Shown here: positions 54,889-64,000 of the stretch, piece by piece
Layout: each line of letters opens with the position of its first letter
How positions within the stretch are numbered: the first letter of the stretch is position 1
NCBI GenBank assembly: GCA_964016885.1
Contig: OZ024746.1
Location: 93,434,001 to 93,498,000, forward strand
Source: Eledone cirrhosa
Taxonomy: Eukaryota
Length of the DNA: 64,000 nt
Direction of reading: 5' to 3'
Position numbers and translations under genes: made by a program
Notes under the pieces: model-generated
The model's input: the letters and a program-made list of their open reading frames with translations, nothing else
The model's database searches: none
What the model was told of the DNA's origin: nothing

Positions 54889-55389
54889 CTTCACCTTGTT
54901 TGTTTCAATGAGCCCAAGGCAAAGATAATTTCTAGTTTGTTTAAAAGCATTGGGAGAGAAAAAGAAGGGAGTAGATAAATAAAGTGATACATTTGAACTA
55001 AAAAAACCAGAAAAGGTGGCAGGAGGACAAAACTAAGTACAGCAGCAGTTGGAGGTGAAGGATGAGGTAGTGACTATACAATGGGAGGAGGAAGTAGAGG
55101 TTGAGGATAAGAGGGAATTGTAAGTATAATTTATTAAGTTAAGCTCTGATTAACTTGAGTCCTGGTAAAATAAAAAAAGGATCAATTTTAAATGGCCTTA
55201 CCGTAGCATGTAATATATGCACGCATGCATACATATATACACGTTTATATATATGTATGTATATAAATATATATATATATATATAAATATATTAGTTTTG
55301 CGAGTTTTTTTGCGAAAACCAACCAAACAGTGAGTGTGTTCTGTTATTAATTCTGGCAATATTACACAAATATGACCCTCCCCAAGTAT

Positions 55390-55439
<50 letters not shown>

Positions 55440-55463
55440 TAGGGATTGTAACATTCTTTTTAT

Positions 55464-55512
<49 letters not shown>

Positions 55513-55793
55513 TTGAAAAGGGAAGTAAGGTTCTATACAAAACAGTGGTTATAGAGAGGTGAAACTGGAAATAGCACTGAAAATATATTTAAGGGTCTGT
55601 TTCTTTTTTTTTCTTTCTTTGATTCGTCAAAGTGGCATTATTGAAAAACTGAGAGGAACAATTCTTAAAAAAAAAAGACTTTTATGATGTATATAAAGTA
55701 TATAAAGTATTTTACTAATACATTGTAACCGGTAATACTTTATATACTTTATATACATTATAAACTCTTTTTTTAAAAGAGTTTTATAATGTA

Positions 55794-56798
55794 CTAGCAG
55801 CAGTACCCAGCGTTGCCTGGGTAGGTAAAATAATATCTGCTTCGATGAAAAGGTGTTGAACTTAGCGACTGGTTCTCGATGACTCATCTATGGCCACACA
55901 CAGGCCATGCGGAGGAGGGTGGTGATGACCTCTATCACTGAGAAACGCGGGTGACTGACGAAGGGGCATGCTGGGGGAGGGAGGTAATGACCTCTAACAC
56001 TAAGCCAAATTACCTCACGTTACTTGATTGGAAACCGATGAATTCTCAAATATACAACTAAAAGCTCAAACGACGTCAGTGGCCATCGTTTTGCCTTTGA
56101 CCATCTATAAGATGTGCAATGATAGGTTCTATCGTAGTATAAAAGTTGAACCAAATAAATTGATTTATGTGTGAGGTGGAACCGAAGTTTCGAATTTTAA
56201 CGAAATCGGTTGAAAAATGTGGGAGCTAAAATTTGAGCGAAAAGGTGGTATTTTCGAATATTTAAGCAGCTGCCACACGGTTACTGAACAAAAAATCCAA
56301 AATGTAAAGCCACTTTAAGACGTGAAATAATCAGATCTAGCGTAGTGTAACATTTGAACAAAGTAGGTTGATTAATGTGGGAGCTAGAGCCGAAAAAGTG
56401 AAAATTTAAGTCTAAAAGTGGTATTTTTGAATATTTAAGCGGCTGCCACGCCATCCCTGAACAACAAATGCAAAATATAAAGCCATTACAGGATGTGCAA
56501 TAATAAATTCTATTTTGCTTTAAAATTTGAACGAAATTGGTGGCAAACTGTGGGAGCTAGAGCCAAAAATCTTATTTTTTGATACCTAAAAAAGGTGCCC
56601 GCCCCTCTATCGATTTTTATCTGCAGAATGACACCGGAATAAAAAAAATTATACGCTGATGTATAGAAAACACTCCCCGATGACTAATCTATGAGCCTGT
56701 AAAGTTTCATGAAAATCGGTCGTAAGATGTAGGCCCCTATAGGTAATACACAGACACACAGACACACACACACATACTTAATTTTATATATATACAGA
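55794..56798 (-). mobile_element. Non-autonomous Helitron with internal tandem repeats of about 170 bp
   Basis: On the minus strand: TC start with microsatellite, hairpin acccaggcaacgctgggt and CTAG|T end. Repeats lie at about 56190-56565. Confidence 0.85.
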
Positions 56799-57276
56799 TA
56801 TAAAGCTTTAAAAACTCTCCCCAGTGAAGTTAACTTACTAGATCTACAAAACCAAATTGTAAAATTATAATATTATAAAATCGAATTGTTTAGAACTACA
56901 AGTGAAGTTACTCTTTTCCTTTTTTCAAATATATATATGTGACAAGTGGAGAAATGCTGTGCTGAATAGGACCTGTCTCACCCTTGCAGGCAGGGAAAAG
57001 CGGACGTAAAATGATGATGATGATGATATATATATATATTGACAGTCGATCGACTTTCGTCAAATCAGACCTAGGGAACAATGTTTCCATTGGTCTTTCC
57101 AATTGCTAATACCATCTATCAGTCGTAACTCCAGGTAGAAGGAGCAACGTAAAATAAAGTGTCTTGCCCAAGGGGATAAAGCATCACCTGGTCCGGCAAT
57201 TGAACTCAGAAGCTCACGATTGCGAATTCAATTCTCTAACCACTCAGCTACGTCACTAATATATATATATATATAT

Positions 57277-57309
<33 letters not shown>

Positions 57310-57443
57310 GTTTAACGTCTATCTTCCACGCTAGCATGGGTTTAGATTTATATATATATATATACTATCCGGGAGCTTCCAACCGACATGGTCGCATTCT
57401 TTAAGGTTATGTCGATATTTGTTTATAAAACTGATCTATATTA

Positions 57444-57508
57444 TATTTTATCAGATGAAAGCGCACCATAATTTGCTTTGGTGTCCTTGAAATATGTATA
57501 ATGAAATA
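57444..57508 (+). ncRNA. Family D HHR with U4A core change (probably inactive)
   Basis: TATTTTAT-CAGATGA-AAG..CTT-GAAA-TATGTA-TA-ATGAAATA. Confidence 0.7.
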
Positions 57509-57637
57509 AATATGGTTTTATAAATATAGTTTCCATTTGTTAATATATTGTATTTTTACTCCAATAATTTGTTGAATGCTTTATATCAGTTATAAAAATA
57601 TTTGCTTGTTGTATCCCAACAAATTAAATATAACTTC

Positions 57638-57677
<40 letters not shown>

Positions 57678-57679
<2 letters not shown>

Positions 57680-58069
57680 AGGGTAATCCCAAAAGTAAGC
57701 TCTCCAAAGCGATGGGGACACAGAGAATCTGTTCGTATGGCTGTTGGCAACACTGTTGTGATTGGTGCTTCCTTCACTCCCAAACAAGCATGCGCGCGCT
57801 TCGCTTGGATGCTCAATCTTGGCTTGGCAGCCGTTGAGAATGGAGCTCCCGTTGAACGCTACCGCCAAGTGTAAATTTCGCGCAGTTTATATACGAGAGC
57901 AATCCCAAAAGAAAGGTCTCCTTCCGAGGAAAACATGCGTAAAGATCGGCGGATCACTCTGGATGCTCTCTGCATTTTGGATCCTGAGGTTTCCCGAAGC
58001 ACCATCCACATGATTTTAACGGAAAAGTTGCAATATCGGAAGGAGACCTTACTTTTGGGATTGCCTTCG
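57678..58069 (+). mobile_element. Mariner deletion derivative
   Basis: TIRs caagggtaatcccaaaagtaagctctcc / ggagaccttacttttgggattgccttcg with TA flanks and a third TIR at about 57894-57921. Remnants MELPLNATAKC.FRAV and RITLD..PEVSRSTIHMILTEKLQYRK. Confidence 0.85.
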
Positions 58070-58081
58070 TAAGCGGTGGGA

Positions 58082-58134
58082 GGGACCGTCCTGACGAAGG
58101 CCAGTTAAGCTTGAAATGCATAGACGGTTGTCCC
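58082..58134 (+). ncRNA. Minimal type-I HHR (family H), best-formed copy in the window
   Basis: ACCGTC-CTGACGA-AGGC cagttaa GCTT-GAAA-TGCA-TA-GACGGT, palindromic AUGCAU stem III, stem I extendable with GGGA/TCCC. Confidence 0.85.
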
Positions 58135-58442
58135 CCTTGCTTGTGCTGGACATCACCGGAGGGCGTTAGCCCCCCGGTGTTTGCTAGCTACGGCTTCCTA
58201 AAACCGTATTTCTTTGGAAATACGAAATATTTTTATATATATTATTTTGTTTGACCCGTTTAGCTTGTTCGCTTTTGGGGGTTGAGTGGTTAATGGCTTC
58301 TTAACCATCGTCTCAGTTTTGTATGACCTTTTTAACTTTTGTTTATAGCTCTGGTATCTTCATATCCATAGAGCGCTTGTCAACACAATTCGGAAGTTGC
58401 GTTTCGCTAATTTCTACCCCCTGAAATGCGATTCTCGCTAAA

Positions 58443-58549
<107 letters not shown>

Positions 58550-58587
58550 AGGAAGTTATAGTTCACTTGAAGCATTGTGTAATGAGG

Positions 58588-58883
58588 TATAAACGTTTGT
58601 ATATGTATAATAAAGCCAAAACAATGCAGATATGGACATAGAATAAAGAATGCAAATGCAAAAGATATTGTTGACAATTAGTCTTTTGGCAAGCTATTTA
58701 GAACACTGGTTTAACCGCTTTACGTCCCTCCGAAGAAGAGATATTATCTCGAAAATTAAGGACATTTAAATAAATCTAAGGTAAAAGACTAATTGTCAAC
58801 AATATCTTTTGCATTTGCATTCTTTATTCTATGTCCATATCTGTATTGTTTTGGCTTTATTATACATATACAAACGTTTATAT
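58588..58883. repeat. Inverted repeat with arms of about 100 bp enclosing a decayed HHR (58724-58763)
   Basis: 58588-58687 against 58783-58883. The spacer has gtccct-CCGAAGA-AGAGAT att ATCTC-GAAAATT-AAGGAC. Confidence 0.85.
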
Positions 58884-58952
58884 ATATATATATGTATATA
58901 GCTGATGGACAAGAGAAAAGAGAACACAATACTGAAGTAGAGTCTAAATATT

Positions 58953-59100
58953 TATTTATTATGGCTAAGTAGTGAGTCTTATTACTTTGCAGTTTCACCT
59001 GCACACACACAGGAACGCCAGATATCTTGTCTGGCGTTCCTGTGAATGAGTGCAGGTGAAACTGCAGAGAAATGAGACTCAGTACTTAGCTAAAATAAAT
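58953..59100. repeat. Imperfect palindrome between TA tracts
   Basis: Core cacaggaacgccaga..tctggcgttcctgtg with extended flanking arms. Confidence 0.85.
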
Positions 59101-60369
59101 GAATATATATATATATTATATATATATTATATATATATATTATATATATAGATATAGATATATATATATACATGTATTAGAAATTTGGTGCATTTGGAGA
59201 GGAAGAGGAAATGGTATATATACTGCCAATAAAAACACACATCTGTTGGTTTTCACTTCAATTTGTTATAATCTTCCAGTTGGTTAGTTTAATAACCGGA
59301 TGGTTGTTTATTTGTTTATTGTCAAAGCTCTTTCGTCACACATTCTGTGACCTCCTACAGGGATGATTGTTATTTTGTGTCTCTCCTTTGTTCTGTCTTA
59401 CACCATCTTGTTTTTGTAATAAAGTCCCTAGAAGAAGCTGTCTATTTCAGCCTAATTTTTTACTCAACCAGAGGGGAGTTAAGACAAATTATAGAAATAC
59501 GCATACATATAGATACACAAGTATAAACAGATATATATGTGGCGTCCATCCTTTACCAGTTTTGCTCAATGAATAAAAGAATTAAATAAACAAACAATTA
59601 TTCAGTGTTACTTGCCAACTGTCCACCTTTTACTACCCTTCTGGATGACCGTAAAACCACGAGATAATTTTCCCTTTCAAAAATGTCGTGGTAATGGTCA
59701 GTTCAAGGAATTTGTCCTTACTCTGAGGGAGTCTCTGGACAAGCCATAACCTCAGCTTCAGTGCAATTTGATTGCACTTTAGCTGCATACCAGTCACCGA
59801 AACTGCAGTCGAGAATTTGAAAAAAAATTAGGTAAATTTTTATCTATTTATTCTTCACACTTATAATATATATATCATCATCATCATCATATATATATAT
59901 ATATATATATATCATCATCACCGTTTTACATCCGTTCTTCCACGCTAAAATGGGTTAGGCGAGTTGTCCTGTTGTGGGCAGAGTCCAGTCGGCTGACCTT
60001 GTCTTGCTCATACAGGAACTGATTCTGGCTTGATTTCTACAGCTAGATGCCCTTCCTAACACCAACCCCATTTACAGTGAGTGCTGGGTGCTTTTTTGCC
60101 GTGGCGCCTCCACGACCACTTTGCAGTGGGAGGGGGTGGAGGCATATTGTCTATATGCTTCAGCTTCAGCTTGTTCCTGTGGGAAGTCGGGTCTTCTGTA
60201 TTACTGTGTGACGCCAGAGGTCACGGTCGCGTGTCATTGCCCTTGAGAGGTACAATTGGGTAAGGTCGGCTTACATATATATATATATATATATACACAT
60301 ACACACACACACATATATATTTATATACAATATATTAATAAATGGAAACTATATTTATAAAACCCTATT

Positions 60370-60435
60370 TATTTTATTATACATATTTCAAGGGCAACCA
60401 AGGCAAATTATGGTGCGCTTTCATCAGATAAAATA
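60370..60435 (-). ncRNA. Type-I HHR (family D)
   Basis: Reverse complement reads TATTTTAT-CTGATGA-AAG cgcacca..tggttgcc CTT-GAAA-TATGTA-TA-ATAAAATA. Confidence 0.8.
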
Positions 60436-60600
60436 CAGATTTGTTTTATAAATAAATATTGACATACCCGGAAAAAAAGACAACCTTACCGGTTGGAGCT
60501 TCCTGGATAGTGGAGATAGTACATTTATTACATTTAAGTGCTTTATATCAGTTATAAAATGTTTAAGCTTGTTGAATCCCAACAAATTAAATGTAATCTC

Positions 60601-60675
<75 letters not shown>

Positions 60676-60769
60676 ATATAAATAAATATATATATATATA
60701 TATGTTTCAGAAGATCCCGTTAAGGGTGAAAGCAGCGATTCTTTGCTTAAACTTTAATCTGTTATTTTA

Positions 60770-60828
<59 letters not shown>

Positions 60829-60960
60829 TATAAGCAAGTATTGCACCAAGCAAAATAAAAGTTGGCGTGAAGAGATTATGAATTTATTTGCTTTGACATA
60901 TGTTTCTGTGTCTATTATAAATATTCATTCCGGATATGCATAAACACAACCTTATCTACC

Positions 60961-61019
<59 letters not shown>

Positions 61020-61059
61020 TTACATATATATATATATATGTATGTTTTTTTTGTGTATT

Positions 61060-61180
61060 TTGCGGTTCACATAATAGAAGACGTCCAGTTGATATTGGAC
61101 ACCTTCTCTAATGCATGCTCTGTGTTTGGGCTAAATATTGGTATAAAAAAGACAAAGGTCATGTCCACTTCTCAAGTGGG
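61060..61180 (+). pseudogene. RTE (BovB-like) RT fragment
   Basis: AVHIIEDVQLILDTFSNACSVFGLNIGIKKTKVM. Confidence 0.7.
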
Positions 61181-61839
61181 CCACTGTCTTTCTGATTTTA
61201 CGGAGGAAATCAACAGTGTAGGGACCAGGGATGCCAGAGATCTTGACAGAGACCTGTGTAAAAAGGAAGCATTGGTCAGGCCCCAGTATTTGAATATCTT
61301 CCACTCCTCTACATCGTGGTCAGGGGAGTCTGAGATTGTGGCCAAAGCGACAAGGTTCAATGCGGAGAATGAGTCACTGCATGTCGCATCCCAAACGGAA
61401 AAATATTGACAATAATTAGATTAAACAACAACAACAGCAACATAACAGCCATAACAAAAACAGCCACAACAACAATAACAACTCATCTCTGATCCTCACA
61501 TCTCAAGACATGGACAAATTTACTTCCTTCAGCCTTTCTCCAAGCTGTGTATACCTTTCGCCTAGCTTCTTTTTTTTACTACTTGGTAACTGTCTCTGCT
61601 ACTTCATTTTCCAGTCTTTCCATGCCTTTCTCTTGGCTCTAATGGCTATATTTATTGTGCTGTCCCATCATCAGGTCACCCTCTGGTGGGCCCTTTACTC
61701 CACCCGCAAGTCTCACCAGTAGTTCACGAAAGGCTGTCACATAAGAATTTCCAGTTGTTCTCTACGTTATATATATCTAGCTCATCATCCTTATCATTAA
61801 GTGCATCCTATAGGGCCTTTCTAAACCTATATATAAGCT

Positions 61840-62200
61840 ATCCAAATATCTTGCTCAGGGTCTACTCCTGGGTATCTTGCTGGTTGGTTTTGCCCATCAA
61901 ATCTGTCCCGTTATTCTTTCCTGATACATTCTAACCACATATCCATAGTACCAGAGCTGTGATCTCTCAATTCGGAGAAGTAGCAGCTCTACCTGGAGTG
62001 ACTCTCTGGTCTCTGAGCTATACACTCTGTCGAGTAATGTTACTCCAAAGACCCTTCGGAGGAACCCCATTTTGGCTGCTTGTATTCACGATCGTATTCG
62101 TTCAGTCATTATCCAAGATCCTTGACCATTGGTAAGAGTTGTCACAAATACCAAGTTGAAGATAGCAAGTTTGGCTTTTACGCTTACCTCCCTTCTTCTT
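61840..62200 (-). pseudogene. RTE LINE fragment
   Basis: RREVSVKAKLAIFNLVFVTTL..G..SWIMTERIRS. Homologous to 22890-23245. Confidence 0.82.
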
Positions 62201-62634
62201 CTGGTGTATAAACCATTAATGAGAAATATGCTACTGCGACACGAACAAACTATAAATACATATAGATGGCACATTGTTGTATTAGTGCGTCTGTACTGTT
62301 GTTGCATGTTATGTATAGACGTGTGTGTAGTTGAGTTTATTGTCAATGTAGGTAATTGTCTTTATGACGATAGAATAGATAATTGTTTCTACTTTTGGCA
62401 CAAGGCCAGCAATTATCTTAGTACATTACTGGTACTTTATTTTATCGACCCCGAAAGGCGGGATTTCAACTCAGATTATAAAGGGCCGTAACTCTATGCT
62501 ACAAAGCATAGCGTCTGACCCTCTACCGATACTGCCAATAATGTCAGAGAAGAGCAAAAGAGAGACCTGCACTCACACACACACACGCACATATACATCA
62601 TCATCGTATAACGTCCATTTTCCATGGTAGTAGC

Positions 62635-62679
<45 letters not shown>

Positions 62680-62707
62680 CATGCGAGTCTCTCTTTATAT
62701 ATGTGTG

Positions 62708-62740
<33 letters not shown>

Positions 62741-62782
62741 CTCTATATATATATATACATATATATACATATATATACACAC

Positions 62783-62849
<67 letters not shown>

Positions 62850-64000
62850 CATATATATATAAGTACAGCGAACTTTTAAAAGTTTATTTTAAAACTTTTT
62901 CTCTATTTGCTAAACCTTGATTTTATACATACATACATACATACATACATACATACATACATACATACATACATACATACATACATACATACATACATAC
63001 ATACATCCCTCTACACACACTTATATGGAAAACATCGGTTGCTGATGCACAGTTTACATAGTGCACCACCACCACCACCACCACCACCACCACATAAACA
63101 CATACGGTACCTCACATATACATCGAGGTGGCAGAAAAGGGGAGATACAGACTTATCCCAAATCATTTGCTCTATTTATTTATTCTTCCAGTTGTTGTTG
63201 TTGTTGGCCTTTCAGTTAGAGCTATCAACTCCGAAAATATTTGGATTTTTGACACGAGTCTGTGTATGTGTGTGTGTATGGTGGATATCACTCCGTGTTT
63301 GTTCGGTCCTGATCTCTTACTTTTAACTTCCTTCCTCTTGCAAACTCTGCCATCAATCGCAACAAATTCAAACATTCGGAACCCCCCCCCCCCCCCAAAA
63401 AAAAAAAACAAGGGGAGGTAATTAAGAAGAACAAAAAAAGGTGACAATAGACAGAAAATAATAATTGTTTCTATTTTAGGCACAAGGCCAGCAATTATCC
63501 AGTACATTACTGGTACTTTATTTTATCGACCCCGTAAGGATGAAAGGCAAAGTTAACCTCGGCGGGATTTGAACTCAGATCATAAAGGGACGTAACTCTA
63601 TGCTTCAAAGCATGGTGTCCGACTCTCTACCGATACTGCCAATCCACCGCCCTAGTCAGAAAATAATAATGAAACATTGAAGCAAGTGTTTTTTGTTTTT
63701 TGTTTTTTGTCGTTTTGCTTTTTCTATTCAGAGTTTGTTTCTGTTATTGAGAAAATTGGACCTCCTATGTTATTTACACTTCTTAAAATGCGTTGCAATT
63801 TATTTTGAATCTCCAAAGTGGGTGTCTGCCTATACATACAGTATATAAATATACACATACAGATAGAAATACTCGATGTGGTTACCAAACGCGCGGTTAA
63901 CCCACCGGTAGTGAGAATCCCATAGTTCTTGTTAGGACATCATTATAAGAGAAGGATAAAAAAGTCGGACATATAACCTGCGACTCGATAGCGGACCATG

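Overview
Repeat-saturated, AT-rich eukaryotic DNA. The microsatellite density and SINE/RTE families suggest an octopus or other coleoid cephalopod genome, which is an inference. I found no intact host gene, and nearly all ORFs in the supplied track are microsatellite translations. The recognisable coding remnants are all transposon debris: a 5'-truncated Neptune-type Penelope-like element (PLE) with a GIY-YIG endonuclease, R4/Dong-like RT, several RTE-group LINE fragments, three CRE-like RLE fragments, a Helitron Rep/Hel fragment with non-autonomous Helitrons, Tc1/mariner deletion derivatives and small MITEs. There are also about 20 copies of one tRNA-derived SINE, a 2.4-kb 20-bp satellite, smaller minisatellites and a 200-N gap. 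The main hidden signal is RNA structure. Short elements embedded in (TA)n tracts carry minimal type-I hammerhead ribozymes (HHRs): about 15 with an intact CUGANGA/GAAA/UH core and about 10 decayed ones, in at least five sequence families. These elements repeatedly show a fold-back architecture in which an inverted copy of the 3' part abuts the truncated end, including an apparently perfect 259-bp-arm palindrome. The coding Neptune copy has the same inverted end. All structures were folded by eye and coordinates are approximate to a few bases.
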